Assembly: GCA_963782175.1 (NCBI GenBank)
Contig: CAWAIX010000010.1
Coordinates: 154,399-218,398, forward strand
Length of the DNA stretch: 64,000 nt
Direction of reading: 5' to 3'
Origin: an uncultured Acidobacteriaceae bacterium
GTDB lineage: Bacteria > Acidobacteriota > Terriglobia > Terriglobales > Acidobacteriaceae
Part shown: positions 26,788 through 39,452 of the stretch, piece by piece
Layout of the letters: each line of letters begins with the position of its first letter
Position numbering within the stretch: the stretch's first letter is position 1
Notes under the pieces: model-generated
The model's database searches: none
What the model was told of the DNA's origin: nothing
What the model saw: the letters and a program-made list of their open reading frames with translations, nothing else
Program-made: the position numbers and the translations under genes

Positions 26788-28277
26788 GCGGGCTTGCTCC
26801 AGTTTCTCGATCTTTCCACGGCATTCTTCCACCGTTCGCGGAATTGGTTTGCTTCGGTTCGCGACATCTTAGGCTCGAAGCGGGCGTCGTCGTCGCGCAG
26901 CTTCTTGATTTCCTCCGGACTCTCCCAGAATCCGGTGGCTAGTCCAGCCAGATAGGCCGCTCCCAGCGCCGTCGTCTCGATCACTTGGGGACGAACGACT
27001 GGCGCGCCGAGCAGGTCGGACTGGAACTGCATCAGCAGGTTGTTGGCCGAGGCGCCGCCGTCCACGCGCAGCTCGCCGCAGAGCGTTTCGGTGTCTTGGT
27101 TCATCGCTTCCAGCGAATCGGCGACCTGAAAAGCAATGCTTTCAAGAGCGGCGCGCGCGATGTGTCCGGGCTGCGTACTGCGTCGCAGGCCAATGAGGAG
27201 GCCGCTGGCGTACGGGTCCCAGTAAGGGGCTCCGAGGCCGACGAACGCCGGGACGAATACTACGCCGTCGCTATCTTCGACCGAGGCGGCCAGGGCTTCG
27301 ACATCTGAAGACTTCTGGATCAGCTGAAGGTTGTCGCGCAGCCACTGCACGACCGCGCCGCCGATGAAGACGCTGGCCTCTAGCGCGTATTCGAGCTTTC
27401 TGTCCAGGCTGCAGATCAGGGTAGTAATCAGGCGCTTATGCGACAGAACGAATTTGTCGCCGATATTCTGGAGCAGGAAGCAACCAGTCCCATAGGTGTT
27501 CTTGGCGTCGCAGGGGTTCAGGCAAAGCTGGCCGAAGAGAGCCGCCTGTTGATCCCCGGCGATTCCTGCGATCTGGACCGATTCCAGGCCAAGTGTCGTC
27601 GTGACGGTTGCAATTTTATCCCTCGACCAGACGACCTCGGGCATCATGCTCTCGGGAATGCGCAGGAGTCTGAGCAGGTCGGCGTCCCATTTGCCCTCGA
27701 CGATGTTATAGAGCATCGTGCGGGAGGCGTTCGTGGGATCGGTGACGTGACTTCGGCCGCTGGTCAGGTTCCATATCAGCCATGAATCGACCGTGCCGAA
27801 GGCCAGTTTGCCGGCTTCGGCCCGCTGGCGCGCGCCCGTGACATTGTCCAGTATCCATGCGATCTTTGTGCCGGAGAAATAGGGATCGACGATCAGGCCA
27901 GTCTTGTCCCGGATCGTCGCTTCAGCGCCGTCCTGCCGGAGCTTTTCGCATGCCTCCGCCGTGCGGCGATCCTGCCAGACGATTGCGTTATAGACCGGCT
28001 TGCCGGTTTCACGATCCCAAACGATGGTTGTTTCCCGTTGGTTGGTAATACCCACAGCCGCCAGATCGCGGGGCCTTGCCTGCGACCTTCCCAGAACCTC
28101 GACGACCGCGCCAAGCTGGGACGTAAGGATATCGTACGGGTCATGTTCCACCCATCCCGGCTGGGGATACATCTGCCTGAATTCCTGGTGAGCCTCGGCG
28201 TGGACTTTGCCGTCCCTTGTAAAGAGGATCGCCCGTGAACTGGTGGTTCCCTGATCGAGCGCGAGAATAAATGTCAT
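26784..28277 (-). CDS. glpK: Glycerol kinase
   Basis: [45 protein letters not shown] and [19 protein letters not shown]. Confidence 0.95.
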   Translation of the reverse strand: MTFILALDQGTTSSRAILFTRDGKVHAEAHQEFRQMYPQPGWVEHDPYDILTSQLGAVVEVLGRSQARPRDLAAVGITNQRETTIVWDRETGKPVYNAIVWQDRRTAEACEKLRQDGAEATIRDKTGLIVDPYFSGTKIAWILDNVTGARQRAEAGKLAFGTVDSWLIWNLTSGRSHVTDPTNASRTMLYNIVEGKWDADLLRLLRIPESMMPEVVWSRDKIATVTTTLGLESVQIAGIAGDQQAALFGQLCLNPCDAKNTYGTGCFLLQNIGDKFVLSHKRLITTLICSLDRKLEYALEASVFIGGAVVQWLRDNLQLIQKSSDVEALAASVEDSDGVVFVPAFVGLGAPYWDPYASGLLIGLRRSTQPGHIARAALESIAFQVADSLEAMNQDTETLCGELRVDGGASANNLLMQFQSDLLGAPVVRPQVIETTALGAAYLAGLATGFWESPEEIKKLRDDDARFEPKMSRTEANQFRERWKNAVERSRNWSKPA

Positions 28278-28683
28278 GGGCCGAGCCGTATTTCTCCCCG
28301 AATTGGTGTTTCACAGATCATCACGAAATGCAAGCCCGCTGCCGCAATCTCAATACACGCCAGGGCGGGGAACATCCATTCGTCACCGGAAAAGCCGGTC
28401 CCGTAACAGAACGAATTTTCACGCCGAATGATAATCTTAGCTTTTGATCGGGCTGCAACCATCTAGACCAGTCAATCGTCCATAAGGAATTGTCGAGTAC
28501 GGCACAGTACAGTTCTGCGCTCTCTCCTACTGTGTCTTTTTTGCCGGTGGCAAACGTTTCCTCCGGCTAAATCATCAAATTCGCTTTCCGCAGTGGGACC
28601 CTCTCTTGAGCGGCTCGCGATGGAAACCTTAACGCAGCCTGGCTGCGCCGGCCCTGGTAAGCAAGAAAGCCAAAAAAGCCAAG

Positions 28684-29934
28684 ATGGAACAAAAACCACC
28701 TGACTCTCCGATTCCACCAGAACATCAAACCCCTGCGCCCGAGCCGGATGCGCCTCGACGACCGAAGAAGCGGCACATCTGGGTCTGGGTTGTCGTTTTG
28801 CTCGGTTTCGCTCTCGTCTTTTTTCTTGTACTGCGCCACAAGGACACCACCGCTCAGCAAGGAGGGCCCGGCGGACGCCGTGGCCTGGGCGGACCCGTGA
28901 CCCTGACCACCGCCACTGCAAACAAAGGCGATATCGGTGTCTACCTCGAAGCCATAGGCACGGTCACTCCCGTCTATACGACGACCGTTTACAACCAGGT
29001 AACCGGAGTCGTGACCAACGTGTTCTACCGTGAGGGTCAGATGGTCCGGAAGGGCGACCCTCTGGTGGAAATCGACCCGCGCCAGTACGAGGCTCAGGTG
29101 GCAACCGCCACCGGCAATCTGGAGCGGGACACAAACGTACTCGCCCAGGCGCGGATGGACCTCGAGCGGTACCAGACGGCATGGTCGAAGAACGCGATCG
29201 CCAAACAGCAGCTCGACGACCAGGAAAAGATCGTTCTGCAGAATGAGGGGCTGGTCAAGTCCGACCAGGGCACGCTGGACTTTGACAAGGTCCAGCTCAG
29301 CTATTGCCACATCACATCGCCCATTACCGGACGCGTCGGCCTTCGCCTGATCGATCCCGGCAACCTGGTGCAGTCGAGCGGCAGCACCGCTCTGGCCGTT
29401 GTCACGCAGATCGAACCCATCACGGTGATCTTTACCATCGCACAGGACCACCTGGACGAGGTGCTGGCGCAAACCCGTCACGGGGCGAAGCTGACCGTCG
29501 ATGCCTATGACCGCAATCAGCAGAACAAGCTCGCGAGCGGAAAACTGGAGGCCCTGGATAACCAGATCGACACCACGACCGGGACCATAAAAATGCGTGC
29601 CCTCTTCGATAACAAGAAGGACGTTCTTTTCCCTAACCAGTTCGTGAATACGCGCCTGCTGGTGACCGTGCAGCACAACATGACCCTTATCCCCAGCTAT
29701 GCCATCCAGCACAATGGGGAAGTCGCCTTCGTTTACGTGATCCAGAACGGCGTTGCCCATGTGAAGAATGTCAAGACCGGAACGACCGACGCCGGAATGA
29801 CGGCCGTCGAAGGAATCAACCCTGGCGATGAAGTGGCGACGAGCAGCTATGAAAAGCTGCAGGACGGAGCCAAGGTCAACATCTCGAAGAAGCCTCTGCC
29901 CCAGAACCCGAACGCCGAGAGCAACGCCCCTTGA
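28684..29934 (+). CDS. mdtA: RND efflux membrane-fusion (periplasmic adaptor) protein
   Basis: N-terminal TM, then a lipoyl/hairpin/beta-barrel pattern ([37 protein letters not shown]). Stop overlaps the TTG start of the first RND pump gene. Confidence 0.85.
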   Translation: MEQKPPDSPIPPEHQTPAPEPDAPRRPKKRHIWVWVVVLLGFALVFFLVLRHKDTTAQQGGPGGRRGLGGPVTLTTATANKGDIGVYLEAIGTVTPVYTTTVYNQVTGVVTNVFYREGQMVRKGDPLVEIDPRQYEAQVATATGNLERDTNVLAQARMDLERYQTAWSKNAIAKQQLDDQEKIVLQNEGLVKSDQGTLDFDKVQLSYCHITSPITGRVGLRLIDPGNLVQSSGSTALAVVTQIEPITVIFTIAQDHLDEVLAQTRHGAKLTVDAYDRNQQNKLASGKLEALDNQIDTTTGTIKMRALFDNKKDVLFPNQFVNTRLLVTVQHNMTLIPSYAIQHNGEVAFVYVIQNGVAHVKNVKTGTTDAGMTAVEGINPGDEVATSSYEKLQDGAKVNISKKPLPQNPNAESNAP

Positions 29935-32900
29935 GTCCCTCACGCCCATTTATTCTGCGGCCGGTGGCGACGTCGCTGCTGATGGCAGCGATTCTGCTCG
30001 TCGGCCTGGTCGCATTTACCCAGTTACCCATCTCCGCTCTGCCGCAGGTTGACTATCCGACAATTCAGGTCCTGACCTTCTATCCGGGTGCAAGCCCGGA
30101 TGTGATGGCGACCACGGTGACGGCCCCGCTTGAGCGCCAGTTCGGCCAGGTGCAGGGCCTGAGCCAGATGACCTCGACCAGTTCGGGCGGCGTCTCGGTG
30201 ATCGTGCTGCAGTTCAGCCTGCAACTCGATATCGACGTCGCCGAGCAGGAGGTCCAGGCAGCCATTAATGCCGCGCAGAGTTATCTGCCGTCGGTGCTTC
30301 CGACGCCGCCGGTGTACAGCAAGACCAACCCGCCGATGCGCCAGTGCTCACTCTGGCCATCACGTCGAACTCAATCCCGCTGCCCTCGGTCGAAGATCTG
30401 ATCGACACGCGGCTTGCCCCGAAGATCTCGCAACTCAACGGCGTTGGCCTGGTCAGTATCAGCGGTGGACAGAAGCCCGCGGTTCGCATCCAGGTGAATC
30501 CCGCCTCGCTTTCCTCCTATGGAATCAACATGGAGGATGTGCGCACGGCCCTTGCGCAGACCAGCGTCAACGCCGCCAAAGGCAACTTTGACGGCCCGCG
30601 GCAGGACTACCAGATCGACGCCAACGATCAGATCGAGACGAGCGACGAATACAAAAACGTTGTGATCGCCTATCGCGACGGCTCTCCCGTGTTCGTGAGG
30701 GATGTGGCCCAGGTCATCAACGGTGTCGAGAACAGCAAGCAGGCTGCGTGGATGGGCCAGGCGAACAGCGGCCTCAGCCCGGCTGTGATTCTCAATGTGC
30801 AGCGGCAACCAGGCGCGAACACCATCAGCGTGGTGAAGAGCATCAAGAAAATCCTGCCGCAGTTGCAGGCGAACCTGCCGGCGGGAATCGAAATCACCAT
30901 GCTGACCGACCTCACGACGGCCATTCAGGCTTCCGTCGACGACGTCGAGTTCGAGCTGATGCTGACCATCGGCCTGGTGGTGATGGTCATCTTTCTTTTC
31001 CTGCGCAACCTCTACGCGACCATCATTCCTAGCATAGCGGTGCCGCTCTCGCTGATCGGCACTTTCGGCGTCATGTACATGCTGGGCTACAGCCTCGACA
31101 ACCTGTCGCTGATGGCCCTCACGATCTCCACCGGCTTCGTTGTAGACGATGCGATCGTCATGATCGAGAACATCTCGCGCTATCTGGAAGAAGGCGATGC
31201 GCCGATGGAAGCGGCGCTCAAGGGCGCAGGTCAGATCGGCTTCACCATCGTCTCGCTTACCGTATCGCTCATTGCCGTGTTGATTCCGCTGCTGTTTATG
31301 GGCGATGTCGTCGGCCGCCTCTTTCGCGAATTCGCCGTGACGCTTGCCACAACCATCATCATCTCGGCAGTCGTATCGCTGACCCTCACGCCCATGATGT
31401 GCTCGCGGATTCTGCGCCATAATCCCGAGGCTGAGCAGGGCCGCTTCTACCGCGCATCGGAGAATGTCTTCAACCGCCTTATTGCTTTTTATGGGCGCAC
31501 GCTGAGCTTCGTGCTCCGCTACCAGACCATCACCCTGCTGGTGGCTCTCGGTACGCTGGCGCTGACGATTATCCTTTACATCTTGATCCCGAAGGGCTTT
31601 TTCCCCGTGCAGGACACGGGTGTGATCCAGGGCATATCGCAGGCGCGGCAAAACATCTCGTTCGATGCGATGGCGGAAAAGCAGCAGGAATTGGCCAAGC
31701 TAATCCTGGAGGATCCGGCCGTCCAGAGCCTGTCTTCTTTTATTGGCGCGGACGGCACGAACACCACCCTCAACAGCGGCCGCTTCTCCATCAATCTGAA
31801 GCCACTCGACCAGCGCGACCGGAGCGCTTCGGATGTGATCCGCCGGCTGCAAAAGAACCTGACCAAAGTGCAGGGGATCGATCTGTACATGCAGCCCGTG
31901 CAGAACATCACGGTGGACGACCGGGTGAGCCGCACGCAGTATCAGTACACGCTCGAGGATCCCGATCCCAACGAGCTGAATGCCTGGACGAATCGCTTCG
32001 TGGCCGCGCTGAAGCAGATTCCCGACTTGGCCGACGTTGCTACCGATCAGCAGACGGGTGCCAGCGCCATATCGCTGATGATCGACCGCGTGACGGCTTC
32101 TCGACTGGGCATCGCACCGGGCACCGTAGACAACACGCTTTACGACGCCTACGGCCAGCGCCAGATCAGTACGCTGTACACGCAGCTCAACCAGTACCAC
32201 GTGATCCTCGAGGCGCTGCCGACCTTCCAGCAGGATCCGAACCAGCTCAACAAGCTGTACATCCAGTCGGGGGCTTCAAACGGAGCGAGCGGCCCGGGCG
32301 CTTCAACGTCGTACGCCGCTTCCGGATCATCGTCTGCGGGATCGAACGCCACGACGGGCTCCGCCCTTTACACCCCTGTGGCGAATACGCTGGCCCCACC
32401 GTCCAGCGTAGTGACTACATCGAACAATGCCCCGGGCACGAACGTCCAGACATCCACCCAGGCCGCCAGCGCTGTGCCGCTCGGCGCCTTCGCTTCCTAT
32501 CAGCAGACCACCGAACCACTCTCGATTACCCACCAGGGACAGTTTCCCGCTGTGACGGTGTCCTTCAATCTTGCGCCCCGGAGCTTCGCTTGGAAACGCC
32601 ATCACCGAGATCGACAAAGTGGCCGCACAGATGAATTTTCCACCGAGTCTGCAGGCGGATTTCCAGGGCACGGCGGCCTCGTTCCGCAACTCGCTGTCGA
32701 ACGAGGCCCTGCTGATTCTCGCCGCCCTGGTAACCGTCTACATCGTGCTCGGAGTGCTTTACGAGAGCTACATTCACCCGATCACGATTCTTTCCACCCT
32801 GCCGTCGGCGGGCGTAGGCGCACTCCTCGCCCTGATGCTTTTCCATGAGGACCTGAGCGTTGTCGCCATCATCGGCATCATCCTGCTCATAGGCATTGTG

Positions 32901-33275
32901 AAGAAGAACGGCATCATGATTGTCGACTTCGCGCTTGAAGCGGAGCGCGAACACGGCAAGAACTCGACCGAAGCGATCTATGAGGCCAGCCTCCTGCGCT
33001 TCCGCCCCATCATGATGACCACGATGGCAGCGCTGCTTGGCGGCATTCCGCTGGCGGTCGGGCAAGGTATCGGATCGGAGTTGCGCCGGCCGCTGGGCAT
33101 CTGCATGGTCGGCGGCCTGCTCCTCAGTCAGTTGCTAACGCTGTACACAACGCCGGTCATCTATATCTTCTTCGACAACATCGGCCAGAAGTTCTCGGGC
33201 AAGCGCCACCACCAGGACACGGCTCATACCACCCACGGAAGACCGGTGGAAGAGCAGGAGAGCGCGCAGTCATGA
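29931..33275 (+). pseudogene. mdtB: RND permease, first of a tandem pair (MdtB-like); two frame disruptions (about 30332 and about 32576-32579)
   Basis: ORFs 29931-30401, 30344-32848 and 32571-33275 are consecutive pieces of one AcrB/MdtB-type pump. Junction 1 should read [16 protein letters not shown] (one g missing in ccggcc). Junction 2 should read [18 protein letters not shown] (extra c in a c-run). Confidence 0.85.
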
Positions 33276-36200
33276 ATATCTCGGCGCCGTTCATCCGCCG
33301 GCCCGTGGCGACGACGCTGCTTACGGCTGCGATCGCCATCGCGGGCGGCATTGCATTTACGGTGCTTCCGGTGTCTCCGCTACCGCAGGTCGATTTCCCG
33401 ACGATCAATGTGAATGCCGGGCTGCCGGGCGCTAGTGCGCAGATCATGGCCTCGTCCGTCGCCACGCCGCTGGAGCGCCAGTTTGGGCACATAGCGGCAG
33501 TAACGGAGATGACCTCATCGAGCCAACTCGGCAGCACGTCCATTACGCTGCAGTTCGACCTGAACCGCAACATCGATTCCGCGGCGAGAGACGTCGAGGC
33601 CGCGATCAATGCCGCCCGGACTTATTTGCCGGCCAATCTGCCGGGCAATCCCACGTATCGCAAGGTCAATCCGGCTGACGCGCCGATCATGATTATCGGT
33701 CTCACGTCCGACATTTACAGCCTGGCGCAGATGTACGACTCGGCATCGACGGTAATCCAGCAGAAGCTCTCTCAGATTCAGGGAGTCGGGCAGGTGGTTG
33801 TCGGCGGTGGCGCGCTGCCTTCGGTGCGCGTCGAGGTCAATCCTACGCAGCTCAACAGCTATGGACTGACACTGTCGAATGTGCAGTCCATTCTGAGCGT
33901 CCAGAACTCGGATTTCGCGCGCGGCCAGATCACAAACGCCAGGAACACGGCCGACATCCTCACCAACGGGCAGATATCCCATGCCGCCGACTACGCGCCG
34001 CTGATCATCGGGTATCACAATGGCGCCGCCGTGCGCCTCTCCGATGTCGCGCAGGTCATCGACTCCACGGCAAATGTGCGTAACGCGGGCTACCTCAACG
34101 GCAAGCCATCAGTTGTGCTGATCATCTTCCGCCAGCCGGGCGCAAATATCATCGATACGGTCGATCGCATTTACAGCCAGATTGGTTTCCTGAAGGCGTC
34201 GATTCCGCAAGGCATGGAGATGACTACGGTGATGGACCGAACCACCACCATCCGCGCCTCGGTCCACGACGTCGAGCGATCGCTGACCATCTCGGTCATC
34301 CTGGTCATCATCGTCGTCTTCGTTTTCCTGCGCAGCCCGCGCGCGACGCTGATCCCCAGCGTCGCCGTTCCGGTGTCCCTCATCGGGACCTTTGCGGTGA
34401 TGTATCTCTTCGGATACAGCCTCGACAATCTGTCGCTCATGGCGCTGACCATCTCCACTGGATTCGTCGTCGACGACGCCATCGTGGTGATGGAAAACAT
34501 CACGCGCCATCTCGAAGCCGGCATGAAACCCTTCGCGGCCGCGATGAAGGGTGCGAAGGAGATCGGGTTCACCGTCTTCTCGATCAGCGTATCGCTGGTC
34601 GCCGTATTCATTCCGATCCTGTTGATGGGAGGCATCGTCGGTCGGCTCTTTCGCGAGTTTGCCGTGACGCTTTCAACGGCAATCATCGTGTCGATGATCA
34701 TCTCGGTCACAACTACCCCGATGATGTGCGCTCATCTGCTCAAGGCCGGCGAGGAAAAGCATGGCCGGCTTTACCGCTTCAGCGAAAAGGCCTTCGATAG
34801 CATACTTGCCGGCTATAGACATAGCCTGGAATGGGTTCTCGACAATCCTGGCCTCGTCCTCGTAGTGCTCATCTTGATCGTGGCCCTCAACGTGATCTTG
34901 GTCATCAGGATCCCCAAGGGATTCTTCCCCCAGCAGGACACCGGCGCGCTCGTGGGCGGCATACAAGGGCCGCAGGACGCCTCGTTTCCGGTGATGAACG
35001 ATTCCGTCAAGCAGCTGGTCGGAGTAATCAAGGCCGATCCGGCCGTGAAAAATGTCGTGGGTTATGTGGGGCAGGGAAATGGCGGATTCATCTACACGGC
35101 GTTGCAGCCCCTCGATCAGCGGAAGATCGGCGCGCCGCAAATCATGAATCGGCTGAGGCCAAAGCTCAACAGACTGGTAGCCGCCGCCGCGTTTCTCCAG
35201 GCTGCGCAGGATCTCCGCATCGGCGGCAGAGGCAGCAATGCGCTTTACCAGTACACGATTCAGGCCGACAATGTGCAGGACCTCTCGCACTGGGGGCCGA
35301 TTCTTCTGGCACAGATGAAGAAGCTGCCGGGTCTGCAGGACGTCAACTCCGACCAGCAGAATGGCGGATTATCGGAGCTTCTGACCTACGACCGCGTTAC
35401 CGCCGCGCGCTATGGAGTGACCGCACAGGGCCTCGACTCCGCCCTGTACTCCGCCTTCGGCCAGTCGGAGGTATCGCTCATCTACACCCAGCTGAATCAG
35501 TACTACGTTGTGCTTGAGGTGGCCCCGCAATACTGGCAATCGCCCGATGGGCTGAACTACATTTACCTGCACACGACCAGCAATGGGCCGATTCCGTTGG
35601 CAACCATGACGACGGCACAAGCGACCACCACGCCCCTGCAGGTCAATCACACCGGGCTGTTTCCCTCGGTCACCGTCTCTTTCAATCTTGCCCCGGGTGT
35701 GTCGCTCAGCGACGCTACGCGCCTGATCACACAGTTGCAGGACCGCCTCGGGACGCCCTCGACTATCCATGGCTTTTTTGCGGGCACGCTGCAGGCGTAT
35801 CAGCAGTCGCTCAGCACCGAGCCCATCCTTGTAACCACCGCGCTCCTCGCCGTCTTCATCGTCCTCGGCATCCTCTATGAGAGCCTCGTGCATCCGCTGA
35901 CAATTCTCTCCACCCTGCCATCGGCCAGCGTGGGAGCGGTGCTTGCCCTCATGGTCTTCAAGGTCGACCTCAACGTCATTTCGATCATCGGCATTGTGCT
36001 GCTCATCGGCATCGTGAAGAAGAACGCCATCATGATGATCGACTTCGCCCTGATGGCCGAGCGAGAGCAGGGCATGACTACGACCGAGGCCATCTTCGAA
36101 GCCTGTATGCTTCGCTTCCGCCCCATTCTGATGACCACCATGGCTGCCCTCTTCGGAGCGTTGCCCCTGGCCTTCGGCACCGGCACCGGCTCGGAACTGC

Positions 36201-36361
36201 GGCGTCCGCTCGGCATCACCATCGTCGGCGGCCTCATTTTCAGCCAGATGCTTACCCTCTACACTACCCCCGTCGTCTACCTGTTTATGGATCGCTGGCG
36301 GCTGCGCGTAATGGGCAAGACCCACGATACCTTCAACCCTGAAGCGGGCGAGATCGCGTGA
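33272..36361 (+). CDS. mdtC: RND permease, second of the tandem pair (MdtC-like)
   Basis: 1029 aa, intact. [17 protein letters not shown], two 6-TM bundles, [16 protein letters not shown] and [14 protein letters not shown]. Confidence 0.9.
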   Translation: MNISAPFIRRPVATTLLTAAIAIAGGIAFTVLPVSPLPQVDFPTINVNAGLPGASAQIMASSVATPLERQFGHIAAVTEMTSSSQLGSTSITLQFDLNRNIDSAARDVEAAINAARTYLPANLPGNPTYRKVNPADAPIMIIGLTSDIYSLAQMYDSASTVIQQKLSQIQGVGQVVVGGGALPSVRVEVNPTQLNSYGLTLSNVQSILSVQNSDFARGQITNARNTADILTNGQISHAADYAPLIIGYHNGAAVRLSDVAQVIDSTANVRNAGYLNGKPSVVLIIFRQPGANIIDTVDRIYSQIGFLKASIPQGMEMTTVMDRTTTIRASVHDVERSLTISVILVIIVVFVFLRSPRATLIPSVAVPVSLIGTFAVMYLFGYSLDNLSLMALTISTGFVVDDAIVVMENITRHLEAGMKPFAAAMKGAKEIGFTVFSISVSLVAVFIPILLMGGIVGRLFREFAVTLSTAIIVSMIISVTTTPMMCAHLLKAGEEKHGRLYRFSEKAFDSILAGYRHSLEWVLDNPGLVLVVLILIVALNVILVIRIPKGFFPQQDTGALVGGIQGPQDASFPVMNDSVKQLVGVIKADPAVKNVVGYVGQGNGGFIYTALQPLDQRKIGAPQIMNRLRPKLNRLVAAAAFLQAAQDLRIGGRGSNALYQYTIQADNVQDLSHWGPILLAQMKKLPGLQDVNSDQQNGGLSELLTYDRVTAARYGVTAQGLDSALYSAFGQSEVSLIYTQLNQYYVVLEVAPQYWQSPDGLNYIYLHTTSNGPIPLATMTTAQATTTPLQVNHTGLFPSVTVSFNLAPGVSLSDATRLITQLQDRLGTPSTIHGFFAGTLQAYQQSLSTEPILVTTALLAVFIVLGILYESLVHPLTILSTLPSASVGAVLALMVFKVDLNVISIIGIVLLIGIVKKNAIMMIDFALMAEREQGMTTTEAIFEACMLRFRPILMTTMAALFGALPLAFGTGTGSELRRPLGITIVGGLIFSQMLTLYTTPVVYLFMDRWRLRVMGKTHDTFNPEAGEIA

Positions 36362-36405
36362 TGGAGATGACCGCAATGCGTCTCGTTCCCAATGAGAACC
36401 GTAGT

Positions 36406-37929
36406 ATGAAGAAGATGTCAGGAAATTCGATCCGGCCGGCGCTCGCCGCTCTTGTACTCTGCGGGGCATTGTGCGGTTGCCTGCCCGGACCCAAGTACCA
36501 GAAGCCCTCCGCGCCCGCGGCCACCACAGCGCCCGCCTACAAGGAGTCGCCCGCGAACTTCAAGGACGCACAGGGCTGGAAGGTGGCACAGCCGCAGGAA
36601 GGCATGCTACGCGGCAAGTGGTGGGAAGTCTTTCAGGATCCGGAATTGAACGCCCTCGAAGACCAGCTGGAAATCAACAACCAGAACATCAAGGTCTACT
36701 TTGATAACCTCATAGCTGCACGCGCCATCATTCGCGAGGACAAGGCGCAGCTCTGGCCGACCGTTACAACCGGGCCGTCATGGAACCGATCTCGATCGTC
36801 AAGTAACCTCACTAACTCGAGCCAGGCCAACACCGGACACGAAACCCAGGTCTGGTCTCTGCCGCTGGATGTTTCGTGGACTCCGGACTTTTTTGGCAAG
36901 ATCCGCAGCCAGATTCACCAGGCGCAATATTCGGCCCAGGTTAGCGCGGCAGACCTTGAAGTCGAGCGGCTGCTCGAAGAGGCCACCCTGGCCGAAACCT
37001 ATTTCGAGATTCGCGGGCAGGATGAGCTTCAGCGGGTCTTGAACGCCACCGTCGACGCCGACAGGAAGGCGCTGGAACTGACTCAAACCCAGTACGACAC
37101 CGGAATAGGGGACTATATCTCCGTTGTCCAGGCCCGGACGACGCTCCAGACTGTCCAGTCCGAGGCCCTGAATGTCGGAGTCTCACGCGCGCAGTACGAG
37201 CACGCGATTGCCACACTGCTGGGCAAGCCGGCGACGGATTTCTCGATTCCGGTAAAGCCTCTGCTGATTACGCCGCCTTCTGTCCCAATTGGCTTGCCTT
37301 CCCAACTGCTGGAGCGCAGGCCCGACGTTGCCAGCTCCGAGCGCAAGCTGGCCGCGGACAATGCCACCATCGGCATCGGCTACGGGGCATTCTTTCCCAC
37401 CGTTACACTTTCCGCTACGGGAGGCTATGAGGCATCCCAGATCCAGCACTGGGTCGACTGGCCCAGCCGCTTCTGGTCCATCGGGCCTCAGCTGGCGCAG
37501 ACGCTCTACAACGGCGGCTTATATCGTGCCGCACTCCAGCAGTACACCGCCGAATACAATGCCGACGTTGCCACCTACAGGCAGACGGTACTGACAGCGT
37601 TCCAGCAGGTGGAGGACTACCTTGCCGCCACGCGGATACTGTCCGAGCAGCGCATAAAGCAAACCCAAGCCGTGCAATCATCGCAGGAATATCTGGACCT
37701 GGAGATGAACCGTTACCAGTCCGGCATCGATCCTTATATCGATGTAACCATCGCCCAGACGACTTTGCTCTCAAACCAGCAGACGCTCACCACCTTGAGC
37801 GTCCAGGAAACCGTTGCTTCCGTCGAGTTGGTACAAGCCCTCGGCGGGGGTTGGGATCTTTCGCAACTGCCGACGCCGAACCAGGTTTCCGAAAAGCTGA
37901 GCAAAGCTGATACGACGAGGCAGAAATAA
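36406..37929 (+). CDS. Efflux outer-membrane factor lipoprotein (NodT/OprM family)
   Basis: Lipobox LVLCGALCGC after MKKMSGNSIRPALAA. Motifs: WWEVFQDPELNALE, ERRPDV, and a C-terminal LVQALGGGW. Confidence 0.88.
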   Translation: MKKMSGNSIRPALAALVLCGALCGCLPGPKYQKPSAPAATTAPAYKESPANFKDAQGWKVAQPQEGMLRGKWWEVFQDPELNALEDQLEINNQNIKVYFDNLIAARAIIREDKAQLWPTVTTGPSWNRSRSSSNLTNSSQANTGHETQVWSLPLDVSWTPDFFGKIRSQIHQAQYSAQVSAADLEVERLLEEATLAETYFEIRGQDELQRVLNATVDADRKALELTQTQYDTGIGDYISVVQARTTLQTVQSEALNVGVSRAQYEHAIATLLGKPATDFSIPVKPLLITPPSVPIGLPSQLLERRPDVASSERKLAADNATIGIGYGAFFPTVTLSATGGYEASQIQHWVDWPSRFWSIGPQLAQTLYNGGLYRAALQQYTAEYNADVATYRQTVLTAFQQVEDYLAATRILSEQRIKQTQAVQSSQEYLDLEMNRYQSGIDPYIDVTIAQTTLLSNQQTLTTLSVQETVASVELVQALGGGWDLSQLPTPNQVSEKLSKADTTRQK

Positions 37930-38035
37930 GACCGCTGCTCAGCCTGATAGCTCCTGGGCGTGGCAGGACGAGGCTTCGCAACTTGACCCCTTCGGGTACT
38001 AAAATGTTCTGGCTTATGAAAACGAGGGAGGGCCT

Positions 38036-38578
38036 ATGATACTGCAGCAAACGCCTGTGGCCCGCACAACCCATCTGGAAGCCATCCAGGGCGACATCAC
38101 CCGTCTGGCAGTCGACGCCATCGTAAATGCAGCCAATCAAACCCTGCTCGGCGGCGGAGGCGTAGATGGCGCGATCCACCGGGCCGCCGGCTTGGAACTG
38201 CTGGCCGCCTGCTCGAAACTCAGGGGATGCCCGACGGGAGACGCAAAACCAACTCCGGGCTTCCGGCTCGCCGCGAAGTGGGTTTTTCACGCCGTGGGAC
38301 CGGTCTGGCGCGGCGGAGAACACGGCGAAGACGACTTGCTGGCCGGCTGCTACCGGCGCTGTCTCGAATTAGCCCGGGAACACAACGTCAAGTCGATCGC
38401 GTTCCCAGCAATCAGCACCGGAATCTATGGCTTTCCCTCGGAGCGGGCCGCCCGCATCGCCGTGCGGACTGTGAGAGAACACGCCCCATCCACCGAAATA
38501 GAGTCCGTGAAGTTTGTCTGTTTCGACAGCAATACTTATTCCATCTACGAGCGGCTTCTGCAACGGCTTGGTTCTTAA
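38036..38578 (+). CDS. ymdB: Macro-domain protein (O-acetyl-ADP-ribose deacetylase, YmdB-like)
   Basis: [36 protein letters not shown] and [15 protein letters not shown]. Confidence 0.88.
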   Translation: MILQQTPVARTTHLEAIQGDITRLAVDAIVNAANQTLLGGGGVDGAIHRAAGLELLAACSKLRGCPTGDAKPTPGFRLAAKWVFHAVGPVWRGGEHGEDDLLAGCYRRCLELAREHNVKSIAFPAISTGIYGFPSERAARIAVRTVREHAPSTEIESVKFVCFDSNTYSIYERLLQRLGS

Positions 38579-38628
38579 GCCCCCATTTATAGGGTGAGGC
38601 GTGTTCTACTTGGTGGCGGATCCTGCTC

Positions 38629-39435
38629 ATGACTCAGGAAAACGCACCAGCTACGGCGCGGGTTTCGTTTCGGCTGCCTGTGGGAGGCGCATTCCTTAAC
38701 GCCAACGCCAACCTGCCCGTCGGCCGGACCACGCTGACCGAGCTTCTGCCAGTCATTCAGAATCTTGAGAATGCCATCGTTGCCCGTGTATCCGAAGAGG
38801 CCCAACAGGCCGCGACGCCCATCTCCTGCGGTCCTGCCTGCGGAGCCTGTTGCCGCCAGATGGTTCCGGTGAGCTTCTTCGAAGCGGAGGCGCTCGCACA
38901 GTGGTTCGACACGCTCCCCGCGGAGCGCCGTGCCGAACTCGAAGGCAGGTTCCACCGGGCGCTGCTTGCTTTGCGGGACGCCGGAGTGATCGACAAAATC
39001 ATCGGTGAGAGCTGGACGCTGGACGAAGACGCCGCCACGAAGATGGCCATCGATTACTTCCACGCTGGCGTCCCATGTCCATTTCTCGAAAATGAAAGCT
39101 GCAGCATTCACTCCATCCGCCCGCTCAGTTGCCGCGAGTACCTCGTCACTTCTGACCCTGCACTATGTCAGGACCCATCTGTGAATCACGTTGCAGGAGT
39201 TCAGCTTCCCCTCAAGATGTCGCGGGTGCTTTTTGCCTTCGGGCAGAGGCTCTCACAAGATCGCAGAGGCTGGGTTCCGCTGGTCTTTCTCATGTCCTGG
39301 CGCAAGGGCCGCCAGAAGCCCGGAGAGTTCGTCTCCGGCACCGCCGAAGAGGTTCTACGGCAATTTCTGAAGCTGGTAGCGGAAATGTCCCCTGACGAAA
39401 ATGGCCAGCCGGTTGAAAAGCCGGCCGGCCAGTAG
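38629..39435 (+). CDS. YkgJ-family cysteine-cluster (CxxCxxCC) protein
   Basis: CGPACGACCRQMVPV plus CPFLENESCSIHSIRPLSCREY. Confidence 0.7.
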   Translation: MTQENAPATARVSFRLPVGGAFLNANANLPVGRTTLTELLPVIQNLENAIVARVSEEAQQAATPISCGPACGACCRQMVPVSFFEAEALAQWFDTLPAERRAELEGRFHRALLALRDAGVIDKIIGESWTLDEDAATKMAIDYFHAGVPCPFLENESCSIHSIRPLSCREYLVTSDPALCQDPSVNHVAGVQLPLKMSRVLFAFGQRLSQDRRGWVPLVFLMSWRKGRQKPGEFVSGTAEEVLRQFLKLVAEMSPDENGQPVEKPAGQ

Positions 39436-39452
39436 TCATCTGGATTTCGAGG

